Source: an uncultured Candidatus Bathyarchaeia archaeon (GTDB taxonomy: Archaea; Thermoproteota; Bathyarchaeia; 40CM-2-53-6). Taken from it: 64,000 nt of DNA. The stretch covers positions 9,102-73,101 of the forward strand of contig CAZYOZ010000001.1 in assembly GCA_964649235.1 (NCBI GenBank), written 5' to 3'. The first letter of the stretch is position 1. Each line of letters starts with the position of its first letter. The notes under the pieces were generated by a model. It saw only the letters and a list, made by a program, of their open reading frames with translations. It was not told the DNA's origin and made no database searches. The translations under genes and the position numbers were made by a program. Below are positions 49,902 to 59,893 of this stretch, in pieces.

Positions 49902-50696
49902 TCAACGGGCAGCTACAATGTCTCGCTCAAGCCACTCGTAGCCCTTCTGCTCGAGCTCCTGAGCTAACTCAGGACCGCCGGACCTGACGATTCTCCCGTC
50001 AACCATCACATGCACAAACTGCGGTTTCAAATACTGTAGAATTCTCTGGTAGTGGGTGATCATGAGCACGCCCATCTCGGGGCCCACCATGGTGCCCGTG
50101 ACTTCTGCTACCTTCCTGACCGCATCGATGTCGAGGCCTGAATCAGTTTCATCCATTATCGCAATGACGGGTTTCAAGACGGCCATCTGAAGAATCTCTG
50201 CTCTTTTCTTCTCCCCGCCGGAGAATCCTTCATTCAAGTAGCGGCTCGCGAAGGATTCGTCCATCTCAACTTCCTTCAGCTTCTCCTGGAGCTTCTTCTT
50301 GAAGGCTACGGCCGATATCATCTCCGCGCCCACTCCTTTCGCCTCAGGCTTCTGCTGGCCGTCACCTTTCACGGCTCGGTAGGCGGTTCGAAGGAATTGG
50401 GATAGGGGGACGCCTGGGATCTCCAGCGGGTATTGGAACGCCAAGAACAGGCCCTTCTTGGCGCGCTGGTTGGGACTGAGCGAAACGATGCTCTCTCCAT
50501 TGACGAGAATGTCGCCGCTGTCAATCTTGTATCTGGGGTGTCCCATCAACGTATTTGCGAGAGTGCTCTTGCCAGACCCATTTGGGCCCATGATTGCGTG
50601 AATTTCGCCTTGAGATACCCTCAGGTTAACGCCTTTCAGAATTTCTTTGCCTTCGATGCTGACGTGTAGGTCTCTGATTTCCAGGGTACTAGTCAT
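49902..50696 (-). CDS. sufC: Fe-S cluster assembly ATPase SufC
   Basis: 264 aa. ABC ATPase motifs Walker A GPNGSGKST, signature LSGGEKKR and Walker B. Confidence 0.92.
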   Translation of the reverse strand: MTSTLEIRDLHVSIEGKEILKGVNLRVSQGEIHAIMGPNGSGKSTLANTLMGHPRYKIDSGDILVNGESIVSLSPNQRAKKGLFLAFQYPLEIPGVPLSQFLRTAYRAVKGDGQQKPEAKGVGAEMISAVAFKKKLQEKLKEVEMDESFASRYLNEGFSGGEKKRAEILQMAVLKPVIAIMDETDSGLDIDAVRKVAEVTGTMVGPEMGVLMITHYQRILQYLKPQFVHVMVDGRIVRSGGPELAQELEQKGYEWLERDIVAAR

Positions 50697-50733
50697 CTCG
50701 CATCACGGAAGTTCGCGGTAAGACCAAGGCCTG

Positions 50734-50742
50734 TTTATTTAA
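50734..50742 (-). promoter_or_regulatory. TATA-like element upstream of sufC
   Basis: On the minus strand TTAAATAAA lies about 38-46 nt upstream of the sufC ATG, in the 219-bp gap after nuoI. Confidence 0.35.
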
Positions 50743-50915
50743 GTATGACGTATGTTATGGAGAGCCTCAAAACGGCAGAGGCGCAGACTTCCTGTAAGGG
50801 CCACGCTTACGCTTCCGAGCCTTCGTCTTCTTCTCGATCTGCCGTCCAATCTTATCTTCCGTATCGAACATGTATTGCACTACACCATGGATGCTCAGAA
50901 CTAGTCGATCCTGGC

Positions 50916-51371
50916 TTACTTGGATTTCCGTTCCTTGTTCACTTGCTCATACGTGACACCGAGCTTCCCATGGAAAACTGACTGGTAGTCACCGATATTC
51001 GTCGGAGGCCTAGAGAGCCGTTGAGGGCTCCAGACAAGCAATTCCCGATCGTATTCAGCCAACTCATAGTCGGGTGTATAGTCCAATGCTCCTGTGGGAC
51101 AATAGTCGGTGCAGAAATGGCAAAAGCAACATCGAGCGTACCAGTATTGTGGGAAGCGCTTCTCCGGGTTTTGCGGATACTCTTTCGCATCTGTGACCGG
51201 AACCATGGTTATGCATCGTTCGGGACAGATCCAGGCGCAGATGCCGCAACCCGTGCACTTTTCCATATAGAGGAGGTGTCGTCCGCGGAAGCCTTTCGGC
51301 AACATGACTCTCTGGTACGGGTACTTCATTGTGAAAGTGCGTTTGAAGATGTGTTTGATTCCTTCATACAT
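50916..51371 (-). CDS. nuoI: NADH-quinone oxidoreductase subunit I (2x[4Fe-4S])
   Basis: 151 aa. Two ferredoxin motifs: CTGCGICAWICP and CCFCHFCTDYCP. Confidence 0.85.
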   Translation of the reverse strand: MYEGIKHIFKRTFTMKYPYQRVMLPKGFRGRHLLYMEKCTGCGICAWICPERCITMVPVTDAKEYPQNPEKRFPQYWYARCCFCHFCTDYCPTGALDYTPDYELAEYDRELLVWSPQRLSRPPTNIGDYQSVFHGKLGVTYEQVNKERKSK

Positions 51372-51401
51372 TGCCTGAAGTACCGTGCTTCTTCCCTCCG
51401 C

Positions 51402-52550
51402 CTAACGGTCGGCTTCCACGGGCCAGTAGTCCAAGCTGCCGTAGATGATTGGCATGTCAGCCACGTGGACGTTTCGAATCAAGAATGGTAGGGCTGCGAG
51501 GTTTCTGAAGGATCCGTTCATGATCTTGACGCGGTAGGGCTTATCGCTGTTGTCCCCCATGACCATGACCGTGTATTCGCCTCTGGATGATTCAACTCTC
51601 CCTGCTGCTTCGCCCTCGGGCGCAACAAGCGGAGCTTTGCGTGCTATCGGGCCCTTCGGTATCTTCTGGAGGCACTGCCTGAGAATCTTGACGCTCTGCT
51701 TCATCTCCTCAAATCTGACCAAGAACCGTGCATATGAGTCGCCTTCTTCAAATGTCGGGATCTCAAAATCAACGTCCCCGTACGCTCCGTAAGGTTCCAC
51801 CTTTCGAACATCGTACTTGACCCCAGAACCTCGCAAAACTGGCCCAGCGACGCCCAGCTCCATCGCCTCTTCGCGCGTAAGAACGCCTATCCCCTTGGCT
51901 CTTGAAACAACGAGTGGATTGCTGAAGAAGATGTGGTCATATTCAACCAGCCGATTCTCAAAGTAGTCAAGTAGCTTTGAGAGCTTGTCTTCAAAACCGA
52001 ATGGTAGGTCTCGCCTAGGGCCTCCAGGAGGTAGAAATGAGTACGTTAGTCGGGCTCCCGTGAGCATTTCGGCGAGTTCTATGAAGAGGTCTCGGTCACC
52101 GAAGGCCCACATGAAGATGGTTGTATGTCCTGAGAAGACACCGGCGTTTATTGCGAGCCAGTATAGGTGGCTCATTATGCGGTTCATTTCAGCCGCTATG
52201 GTCGAGATGTATTGGCCTCGGGGTGGCACGACCACGCCTTGGAGCTCCTCTACGGGAAGAACGTAGGCCCAGTTTAGGTGAATTGCATCTATGATGCATG
52301 GCCTTTCTAGATGTGGAATGTTGCTCACGTAGTTCCTGTACTCGGCGATTTTTTCGCAGCCTCGGTGGACGTACCCAATATCTGGATCCACGCTCACAAT
52401 ATAGTCGCCATCAACACGGATGAGCATTCGAAAGTGGCCTGAACCAGGGTGCTGCGGGCCGACTGAAACGTCGAGTGTGGACGGTTCCTGTGTCTTGGTG
52501 ATTGTGATCGGCGGTGCCGGAGGCTTCATCTGGGTAGTTTCTGTTGTCAT
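51402..52550 (-). CDS. nuoD: NADH-quinone oxidoreductase subunit D (49 kDa)
   Basis: The ORF extends to 52706, but the conserved NuoD begins at the internal Met (MTTETT). That start gives a 4-bp ATGA overlap with nuoC. HRGCEKI is the NuoD-type (non-NiFe) motif. Confidence 0.9.
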   Translation of the reverse strand: MTTETTQMKPPAPPITITKTQEPSTLDVSVGPQHPGSGHFRMLIRVDGDYIVSVDPDIGYVHRGCEKIAEYRNYVSNIPHLERPCIIDAIHLNWAYVLPVEELQGVVVPPRGQYISTIAAEMNRIMSHLYWLAINAGVFSGHTTIFMWAFGDRDLFIELAEMLTGARLTYSFLPPGGPRRDLPFGFEDKLSKLLDYFENRLVEYDHIFFSNPLVVSRAKGIGVLTREEAMELGVAGPVLRGSGVKYDVRKVEPYGAYGDVDFEIPTFEEGDSYARFLVRFEEMKQSVKILRQCLQKIPKGPIARKAPLVAPEGEAAGRVESSRGEYTVMVMGDNSDKPYRVKIMNGSFRNLAALPFLIRNVHVADMPIIYGSLDYWPVEADR

Positions 52551-53041
52551 CGTTGGCCCATCTCTGGAAACTTGATGTCCTTCAGCATGGGCGGTGGCCC
52601 TTCCCAGTTGTCTAGAGTGAGCAGCTTTCGCAGGTCGGGGTGGCCTTCGAATTTCACACCGAACATTTCGAAGGTTTCCCGCTCGTGGAAATGAGAGCTG
52701 GGCCACACCGAAACAGCGGAAGCAATAGTGGCATCTTCGCGTGGTAGCTCTGCCTTAAGGATCACGATTAGATCTTGGATTTCGGGTTTGGAATATGAGC
52801 CCGCGAAGTACAGAACTTCAATTTTCCTATGCGTTGGGTGATCTATGCCTGCCACACCTTTCACATGGTCGAAGCCGAGTTCGTCGTGCATGAATTTCGC
52901 AATTTCCAGCAGGTGGTTTTTCTCGAAGTGGATTGTCACCCTATGTGGGCGGTCCACTTTGGCTACCATGATCGCGTCAGGGAAACGAGCCTTCAGTTGA
53001 CTGATTGTTTCTTCTTCTTTTGAAGGCGTGGCTTGGTTCAC
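52547..53041 (-). CDS. nuoC: NADH-quinone oxidoreductase subunit C (30 kDa)
   Basis: 164 aa NuoC fold, with the position conserved between nuoB and nuoD. Confidence 0.85.
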   Translation of the reverse strand: MNQATPSKEEETISQLKARFPDAIMVAKVDRPHRVTIHFEKNHLLEIAKFMHDELGFDHVKGVAGIDHPTHRKIEVLYFAGSYSKPEIQDLIVILKAELPREDATIASAVSVWPSSHFHERETFEMFGVKFEGHPDLRKLLTLDNWEGPPPMLKDIKFPEMGQR

Positions 53042-53559
53042 TAGGCGAATACCTCTTCCCTGCGAATCTTCTCACGTAGCTTGACTATGGCACTAAGAAG
53101 CGCTTCCGGACGAGGAGGGCATCCAGGAACGTACACATCAACCGGGAAAAGCTTGTGTACATCATTCACAATGCTATACGAGTCGTGAAACAGTCCGCCC
53201 GAGCAGGCACAGTCTCCCATCGCGATAACATACCGCGGCCTAGCCATCTGCTCGTAAACAATTTTGAGGCGCTTTGCCATCTTCTTCGTGACCGTTCCTT
53301 CAACGATCAGAAGGTCGCACTGCCTGAGACCGCCGGCCACGGCCTGAAGCCCAAACCTCTCGGGGTCGAGCCGTGGCCCCATCATTGCTCCGAACTCGGC
53401 GCTGCAGCAGGCAGTAGTAATGTGAACGGGCCAGAGAGCATACATCCTACTCCAGTTGACTAAGTACCTGACTGGTCCTGAACCTGTTATTGTTTTGACA
53501 ACTTCACTCAGCTTGCCGATCCAGGCGCCTGCAAAGTCCATGAGTGTTTCTTGGCTCAT
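53041..53559 (-). CDS. nuoB: NADH-quinone oxidoreductase subunit B (20 kDa, PSST)
   Basis: 172 aa. N2 cluster ligand motifs (TTACCSAEF, GDCACSGG, PGCPP). Confidence 0.9.
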   Translation of the reverse strand: MSQETLMDFAGAWIGKLSEVVKTITGSGPVRYLVNWSRMYALWPVHITTACCSAEFGAMMGPRLDPERFGLQAVAGGLRQCDLLIVEGTVTKKMAKRLKIVYEQMARPRYVIAMGDCACSGGLFHDSYSIVNDVHKLFPVDVYVPGCPPRPEALLSAIVKLREKIRREEVFA

Positions 53560-53683
53560 CGGATTTCCTCATCCATGGTCAGAGGGAAGTCGGGAAAACG
53601 GCTCGGCCTTCGTACAAAAAGTTTCTCTGGCGCGAGTCCAACGTGTTGCATCAAAGACAGACATGCATTCTGATCCCTTAGCC

Positions 53684-54160
53684 TCAGCGAACATTGGCGT
53701 GAGATGAAAGTTCCTTCAGGACTTCAAGCACTTCTTCAGTATGCCTGGCGACATCAACTTTCGGGAAGATCTTCACGATCTTTCCTTTCTTGTCTATGAT
53801 GAATGTCGCTCGCCTAGTTGAGTTCCCCTTATCGCCGAGGACGCCGTATGCTGTTGCGATCCTTCTCTCCTCGTCGCTAATCAAAGGGAAGCTTAGGCGG
53901 TACTTCTCGGCGAATCTCCTGTGAGAAGCTGCGCTGTCAAGACTGACACCCACGATTTCAGTGTCTGTGCTTCGCACCGTTTCTAGGTTGTCTCTGAAGC
54001 TGCAGGCTTCCTTTGTGCAGCCGGGGGTATCGTCTTTTGGGTAGAAGTACAGAACTACGTTCTTTTTTCCAAGAAAGTCTTTCAGGCCCAAGGTCTTCCC
54101 ATTCGATGTTGGGCCTTCGAAGTCTGGGGCTGGGTCTCCAACTTTTGATGTAATTTCCAA
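53684..54160 (-). CDS. bcp: peroxiredoxin Bcp (second paralog)
   Basis: 158 aa. [19 protein letters not shown], paralogous to the 16269..16721 gene. Confidence 0.85.
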   Translation of the reverse strand: MEITSKVGDPAPDFEGPTSNGKTLGLKDFLGKKNVVLYFYPKDDTPGCTKEACSFRDNLETVRSTDTEIVGVSLDSAASHRRFAEKYRLSFPLISDEERRIATAYGVLGDKGNSTRRATFIIDKKGKIVKIFPKVDVARHTEEVLEVLKELSSHANVR

Positions 54161-54181
54161 GATTAGGTCCAGCGTGACAGA

Positions 54182-54583
54182 CTATTGCTCGCAGATGTGG
54201 CAGGAATCTACGTCGATTCCCGGCTCTAGCCGCTTGTGTAGGTCGCACATGTATCGGTTCCTTCGAACGTACTCGCAGGCGGTCTCGATCTTGCTCATGA
54301 CCTCAAGGGGGGGCACTTTCTTTGAGGAAACCATTGCAGCAATTTCTCTGGTTGCTTTCTCGATTTCTCTGATTCCACCAAGCTTTATCGCCGCGCCACG
54401 TTTCTCATGCAGATACTTGCTTACGGCTGGTTGGGTGACTCCCAGAAGTTTTGCGGCTCGCTGTTGTGTCATTCCATGTTCTTCTACGAGCCTCTTGACA
54501 ATCAGCGCCCTTATGGCGGGTATAACCGATTTCGCTGCTAGTTCCTCAGGGAGTATCATGGGCATTGTTGATTTCCATCGCAA
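54182..54583 (-). CDS. HTH-domain transcriptional regulator with C-terminal Cys cluster
   Basis: 133 aa. HTH (TQQRAAKLLGVTQPAVSKYL) followed by CEY...CDLH...CHIC. No TM segment. Confidence 0.5.
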   Translation of the reverse strand: MRWKSTMPMILPEELAAKSVIPAIRALIVKRLVEEHGMTQQRAAKLLGVTQPAVSKYLHEKRGAAIKLGGIREIEKATREIAAMVSSKKVPPLEVMSKIETACEYVRRNRYMCDLHKRLEPGIDVDSCHICEQ

Positions 54584-54627
54584 AATATGACGCAGGTTAT
54601 ATAAACGTGCTACGCTACTGCCGCAGA

Positions 54628-56133
54628 CTACAGTCTTTCCTGCGCTTCTGTCGGCAAGAGTATGTCATGGGGTCTAGCTTCTTCAACCCCTGAAGGACTG
54701 AGCGCGGCGAGTCGGGCTTTTTCCCATAGTTCCCTTATGTCTGCGGCACCGGCGTACCCCATAGAGGCTCGGAGACCTGACACTAGTTCCTCAAGAACAA
54801 TGCTCACTTCACCCTTGTATGGGACCCAGCCTTCAACACCTTCGGGCACGCCTTTGGCTGGCAAGCTGTAACGGTCAAGAGAATACCTCTTGGCACGTGC
54901 GGTTGGGCTACCCATTCCGCGGTACTGCTTGTAGTATCGTCCGCCGATTGTGATCAGCGTTCCCGGAGATTCTCTGCACCGAGCAAAGAGGTTCCCAATC
55001 ATGACTGCTGAAGCGCCGGCGGCCAGAGCGATCGCAACATCGCCAGGCGTCCTGATTCCTCCGTCTGCTATCACCGGAATGTCCGCGCCATATTTTGCAA
55101 CGGCCTCTGAAACTTGAGCCGTGGCATAAAGGGTTGGGGATCCAGCTTTGGTTACTTCAGTCGTCGTGCAGATCGAGCCCGATCCGATTCCGACCCTGAA
55201 ACCACTTGCCCCCTCGAGTTCCACTATGGTGTCCTCTGCCGCCTGGTAAGTGCCAATGTTGCCAACGATAACTTCTGCCGTAACCTCCTGCATGAGTTTC
55301 TTTGCGGCTTTGAAGACGTTGGCGTTGTGGAAGTGCGCAACGTCGGTAACGATGATGTCTACATACTCGTCAAGTTTCTTTGCGCGGTCCAAGTCAAATG
55401 GTGAGACGGCCGCGGCTGTAAGCAACTGCCCATTCTCATCCCTTGCTGCATTCGGGTATTTCCCTCGAAGCAAAATGTCCTTGAAGGTAATCAAGCCCGA
55501 GAGCTCTCCGGATTCGTTCACGATGGGCAATTTCTCGATTTTGTGGTCGCGAAGCAGGCGCTGCGCCTCTTCTATCGTTATGCCTTCTTCGGCTTTCACA
55601 ACGTTCTTTGTCATGACTTCTTGGACCAGAAGGCTTGGCTGAGCGAAGCGCACATCGCGTCCCGTCACGATGCCGACAAGTTTCGGGCCTTCCACCACCG
55701 GGAGGCCTGAAATACTATGTTTCTCCATCAGTGCAAGTGCCTGACCGACAGTATCACTTGGTGAAACGGTGATCACGTCACGTATTACAAGCGCCTCAGC
55801 CCGCTTCACGCGTTTGGCCATCTCAACTTGCTCTTCCACCGAGCAATTACGGTGTAAGACGCCTAAACCTCCGTATCTAGCGAGGGCAATCGCCATCTCG
55901 CTCTCAGTAACGGTATCCATAGGTGAAGAGACGAACGGGATGTTCAGGCGGTCCCTCTTGGTCACCCTTGTTCGGACGTCCACTTCAGTCGGCTCTACCT
56001 CAGCGCGCCCGGGCACCAGAACAACATCTCTAAACGTTATTGCAACCTGTATGTCCTTCAACTTATCGAGAAATGAGCCCCTTATTTTCTCTTCGACCTT
56101 CAATGCTAGGACCTGCTTCTTTGCTGGGAGCAT
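54628..56133 (-). CDS. guaB: inosine-5'-monophosphate dehydrogenase (with CBS pair)
   Basis: 501 aa. IMPDH barrel with an inserted CBS pair. Catalytic-loop region [10 protein letters not shown] and C-terminal GGIRTPGD motif. Confidence 0.92.
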   Translation of the reverse strand: MLPAKKQVLALKVEEKIRGSFLDKLKDIQVAITFRDVVLVPGRAEVEPTEVDVRTRVTKRDRLNIPFVSSPMDTVTESEMAIALARYGGLGVLHRNCSVEEQVEMAKRVKRAEALVIRDVITVSPSDTVGQALALMEKHSISGLPVVEGPKLVGIVTGRDVRFAQPSLLVQEVMTKNVVKAEEGITIEEAQRLLRDHKIEKLPIVNESGELSGLITFKDILLRGKYPNAARDENGQLLTAAAVSPFDLDRAKKLDEYVDIIVTDVAHFHNANVFKAAKKLMQEVTAEVIVGNIGTYQAAEDTIVELEGASGFRVGIGSGSICTTTEVTKAGSPTLYATAQVSEAVAKYGADIPVIADGGIRTPGDVAIALAAGASAVMIGNLFARCRESPGTLITIGGRYYKQYRGMGSPTARAKRYSLDRYSLPAKGVPEGVEGWVPYKGEVSIVLEELVSGLRASMGYAGAADIRELWEKARLAALSPSGVEEARPHDILLPTEAQERL

Positions 56134-56175
56134 AGGCCTACTTGGAATTTAAGCTCTAGTTCAAGGACTGGTTCC

Positions 56176-56922
56176 TCAGAACTCAATTGATGTTAAGTCC
56201 TGCCCAACGACCACATCTTTTCTATATTCTTCCTTCGCTTCAGCACGGAAGTCATGATCTCTTTCCTCGTTGGGCGGCGGAATGTGAAACAATACAAGTC
56301 GCTTTGCTCCACTCTCTTTCCCCGCTCGGCCTGCCATTCGGGCCGTGGAATGATAGGTTAATTCCGCGATCTCCTCTTGGTCCTGAAGGAATGTCGCCTC
56401 GTGAAGCAGGAGGTCCACACCGCTGGCGAGCTTGACAACGGCTGGACAGAAGATTGTGTCAGCCGTGTAGCAGAATGACTTGTTGTCGGGCGAGCTCACC
56501 CTGAACGCCAGGGTCGGAATCGAATGGAACGTCCTACATGTTGTGATGTTCTCTATGCTCTCGCCGAAGTCAACCTCAGCAACCGTCAATGGGAACTTGA
56601 AGAAATCAGCGGGAGTGCTGGTGCACTCAAGAAGCCTATGAAAAGTATTCTTGAAATTAGGAGGGCCGTATATCTCCAGCGGTTGCTTTCGTCCGTCGAT
56701 TTGGATCGCCCACAGAAATGGTACTAGGTCTGAGATGTGATCTGCGTGTGTGTGAGAAATGAAGACCCTCGACACCCTGTCGAATGTTATGCCAGACGCT
56801 CTGAGGTTCTTGAGTGCGCCGGGCCCAAGGTCGAATATTCGAGAATTGTCGAGTACGAAGCATGGGCACGCTCGCTTTTTCCCCACGGCCGAACCACCCG
56901 AGCCTGCGATCGTGAGCTTCAT
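56176..56922 (-). CDS. MBL-fold metallo-hydrolase (RNase Z-like short form)
   Basis: 248 aa. HTHADH motif (ISHTHADHISDL) and an N-terminus resembling tRNase Z (MKLTIAGSGGS). Confidence 0.55.
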   Translation of the reverse strand: MKLTIAGSGGSAVGKKRACPCFVLDNSRIFDLGPGALKNLRASGITFDRVSRVFISHTHADHISDLVPFLWAIQIDGRKQPLEIYGPPNFKNTFHRLLECTSTPADFFKFPLTVAEVDFGESIENITTCRTFHSIPTLAFRVSSPDNKSFCYTADTIFCPAVVKLASGVDLLLHEATFLQDQEEIAELTYHSTARMAGRAGKESGAKRLVLFHIPPPNEERDHDFRAEAKEEYRKDVVVGQDLTSIEF

Positions 56923-57062
56923 GTCCGTCAGGTTCCTTCGAGTCCTCTAGACTTGGGATTTCGAAAGAGGTTTGTGGTCGCTCGAGGAAGTGCGATAAGC
57001 ACATATAGCGCAAATCGAAGGTTCGAGTCCTCCGAAGTAGGTATTCGGTAACGTGAATGTGC

Positions 57063-57500
57063 ATGAGTCAGGGCAAGAGTGGTCTGCTAGCAGCTAGGAA
57101 GGCTAGGAAGGACCGTGGCCGTTTCAGGTGGCATTACCGGCCTTTCAAGCGTCGGATGCTTGGGCTGGACTACAAGGCCGACCCGTTGCAGGGCGCTCCC
57201 CAAGGGCGGGGGATCGTCCTTGAGAAGGTAGGTGTTGAATCTCGGCAACCTAACAGCGCCGTTCGAAAGGCTGTTCGGATCCAGCTGATTAGGAACGGTA
57301 AGGTTGTGACGGCCTTTGTGCCAGGTGACGGTGCGCTAAACTTCATTGACGAACACGACGAGGTTCTGATAGAAGGTATTGGAGGCGCCGAAGGGAAGGC
57401 GATGGGAGACATTCCCGGAATTCGCTACAAAGTCTACGCGATAAACTCTGTATCCCTCGATGCCCTCATGAAGGGCAAGAAGGAGAAGCCAAGGCGCTAG
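57063..57500 (+). CDS. rps12: ribosomal protein uS12 (S12/S23)
   Basis: Conserved uS12 core ([28 protein letters not shown]...). Start taken at the second Met (MSQGKSG); the ORF extends to 57057. Confidence 0.9.
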   Translation: MSQGKSGLLAARKARKDRGRFRWHYRPFKRRMLGLDYKADPLQGAPQGRGIVLEKVGVESRQPNSAVRKAVRIQLIRNGKVVTAFVPGDGALNFIDEHDEVLIEGIGGAEGKAMGDIPGIRYKVYAINSVSLDALMKGKKEKPRR

Positions 57501-57520
57501 AATATCCTACCAGCCTTTGC

Positions 57521-58552
57521 CTACTTTCCGACTCGGCTTTTCAGTAAGACCATCGTTAACGAAACCATAGCGGCTCCCAGCGACAAGAAGCTGAGGACTG
57601 TTCCCACGGTTCCAGCCACAAGAAGGTCAGCCTGCCCAACTACCTCACCGAGGAATAGTACGAATAGCCAGCAAATTCCAGCAACTGCGGAGAGCTTTGC
57701 GGTTCTGCGGAGCGGCCAGCCCGGGCGAACACAAATTTGCATGGCGGCTAGGACGGGTCCAAGATAGACAGCTCCTATGCCCAGTGAGGCTATGATTCCA
57801 GAGATCGTCGCTGCGAGTTCTGGCTCCATGGACATCAGTTCGAAGGATCCCTTCGCAGCAGAGAGGATAGCAATCAGTGGGTAGAGTAGAAGTCTCATCC
57901 CAGCTCTCACAGGCTCATGCCTGCTTGTGAAGGCGGCGACCTGAGGGCTGAAGCTGTAGTAGAAGGAATTGAAAGCCAGCATGAACCGCGAGCCCGCTGC
58001 CGTCTTTAGGACATCACGATCACGGAAGTCTCGGAGGAGGCTGACCTCAGGGGAGAGTTCTGAACCATACGTAGCTGTTGCAATGACGCATTTCGGGGAA
58101 GAGGGCGTTGTTGTAGTGCTGGCTTGCGAGATGACTGTGAAATGTGTCTGGCCCATTCCATTGGTGAACCCATTCTTGCTCGCAGTGACGAAGACGCCGT
58201 ACGAGCCCGTAGGTGCGGTTTCACTCAGGATGAAGAAATCAGAGTAAGAGCCAGATTGGTCTGAATAGACCAGCTGTATGTGGACAGCTTGGCTCTGGGG
58301 ATCGTTCACCTGTATAGAGACGCCAGCCCCAAGAACAGGATTGTTCTGGTTGTCTAGAACCTTCCCAGAGATCGAGACGTTTTCGCCGGGTGAATATTCA
58401 GCTTTGCTTGTGGACACGTTGACCGAAAGCGAGCTACCCGCAACCAACGGTAGAAGAAAGATGAGCAATATGAGAGACACGATGACGATCGCGTGACTCC
58501 GTTTCAGAATTGGCCAGCCCGCCTGCGAAGCCGCATAGAAAACAAGAGCCAC
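57521..58552 (-). CDS. cell-surface protein: signal anchor + CARDB-like beta domain + Cys-IATATYGS...LRDFRD motif + polytopic C-terminal membrane domain
   Basis: 343 aa. N-terminal hydrophobic helix and a beta-rich domain paralogous to those in 59890..61488 and 62741..63718. Then a Thr-rich linker, CVIATATYGSELSPEVSLLRDFRDRDVL and about 4 predicted TM helices. Confidence 0.6.
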   Translation of the reverse strand: MALVFYAASQAGWPILKRSHAIVIVSLILLIFLLPLVAGSSLSVNVSTSKAEYSPGENVSISGKVLDNQNNPVLGAGVSIQVNDPQSQAVHIQLVYSDQSGSYSDFFILSETAPTGSYGVFVTASKNGFTNGMGQTHFTVISQASTTTTPSSPKCVIATATYGSELSPEVSLLRDFRDRDVLKTAAGSRFMLAFNSFYYSFSPQVAAFTSRHEPVRAGMRLLLYPLIAILSAAKGSFELMSMEPELAATISGIIASLGIGAVYLGPVLAAMQICVRPGWPLRRTAKLSAVAGICWLFVLFLGEVVGQADLLVAGTVGTVLSFLSLGAAMVSLTMVLLKSRVGK

Positions 58553-58840
58553 AAATTAACTTGTCCATGCAGAACTGCAATGTTCGTCGCCTACCTGAAA
58601 AGAAGACGACCCGTTATTCTCTAGCTTACAGCCTTTCGGACTAAAGGTAGATTCTACAAAACACGCAGAACCATCTACCGTGCGACCACAGTGTGCAACC
58701 GCCACAGACTGGGCATTTCGGACAGTTTCGAAAGCGCCCTGCAGTGTACACTTATGGGCCAACCCGTCCAGTATATCTTAAGCAACCTTACATCGGTCGG
58801 TCTCGGAGAAGAGTGTGTTCCCTCGGCACTAGAGGTTGCA

Positions 58841-59893
58841 TCATTCCAGCAGTTCGAGAAGCTTTGTATCAGCGAGTTCTCCGCTGGAACCGTTCACTAT
58901 GACCTCTGTTGGTACAAGGCCCTTCTGGACTAATACTCTGACAATTGGGATGTAGATGCGCTTCAGTTCAGTTATTTCAAGCCTGTTGCTGAGTATTTTC
59001 TTGAATCGGTCTGGCATATGAACCACCTGTTCGCGGAATCGTTCCAGCAAAGCTTCCTTAGAGACTCTTGACTCTTGGATCCTTGCTTTACTACCGCGAA
59101 CTTTTAGCTCTGCAGTATCGAAGATTCTCTTCGCGCGCCACGACGTTAACGTCGCTTCCTCATCGGGGCTCAGCATTCTTCCGCTGCCACTCATGACGAG
59201 CTGTGACTCAGATCTCTTCGTGGCCAGTTCGGTGGCTTCACTTATTACGAAGTACTTAGATTCCCGCGAGAGGAACGAGACGAACTTCTGGAATCGTTCA
59301 AGGATGGCTGTTGGGATGAATTTGCGGTGCTTCCGTTCCAGGATGAGGTCCCGACTGTGGCCCTCGACCTCCACTGCGACAACATCGTCTTTGACGTTGA
59401 CCTTGTAGGTTCCGGACCGGAGGTAGTAGCATTCATGGAATCCCTTCACCTTCCATATTGGAACGAAGTCGATTACCGGGGGTTCTACGACGCGAAGTTC
59501 TTCCTTGCGGCCTAGGAATGCGTCCCTGATTCGGTCTGTCAGCTTCTTCTTTGCGGAGGTGGCGATTTCAACGGCTCGTTTCATGGAGATCGGTTCGATT
59601 TTGAACGCTTGTTCGATGACTTTGGTCGTGTCCCAGCCGTTTCCTGTTCTTAGGTCCTTGAATTCCCTTTTCTCAGGAATCACTTCACCTATCTGTTCCA
59701 GCCTGCTTGCCAGATAGTCCTGCAATGCAAGGGTTCCGGGGTCTTCCTCTTCGTCTCTTCCTGCCTCATCTGCTTTGTTGAACTCGTCTGATTGCGATGC
59801 GCGGAGGGTTGCGTCCATTTCTTCCCTTATGTTGTTGAGGCTAGAGATGATGTCATCTAGCCTTCGGTCATTTGATTCTGACATGTCCTTCAT
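58841..59893 (-). CDS. hypothetical cytoplasmic protein (acidic N-terminus), co-transcribed with surface protein
   Basis: 350 aa with no TM segments. Its start overlaps the stop of the 59890..61488 gene by 4 bp. No recognisable motif. Confidence 0.45.
   Translation of the reverse strand: MKDMSESNDRRLDDIISSLNNIREEMDATLRASQSDEFNKADEAGRDEEEDPGTLALQDYLASRLEQIGEVIPEKREFKDLRTGNGWDTTKVIEQAFKIEPISMKRAVEIATSAKKKLTDRIRDAFLGRKEELRVVEPPVIDFVPIWKVKGFHECYYLRSGTYKVNVKDDVVAVEVEGHSRDLILERKHRKFIPTAILERFQKFVSFLSRESKYFVISEATELATKRSESQLVMSGSGRMLSPDEEATLTSWRAKRIFDTAELKVRGSKARIQESRVSKEALLERFREQVVHMPDRFKKILSNRLEITELKRIYIPIVRVLVQKGLVPTEVIVNGSSGELADTKLLELLE

Noticed and set aside
56990-57035. tRNA-like T-loop sequence GAAGG-TTCGAGT-CCTCC in the MBL/rps12 intergenic region
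   Set aside because: I tried to build a cloverleaf. The required 5' acceptor strand (CTACTTC, complementary to GAAGTAG) is absent at the expected distance, and no D-arm or anticodon arm could be placed. Most likely a chance match within divergent promoters.
58556-58762. 68-aa Cys-containing ORF immediately upstream (minus strand) of the 57521..58552 surface-protein gene
   Set aside because: The spacing of its five Cys does not form CxxC pairs, and there is no supporting motif. It could be a leader peptide, but the evidence is insufficient to call a gene.
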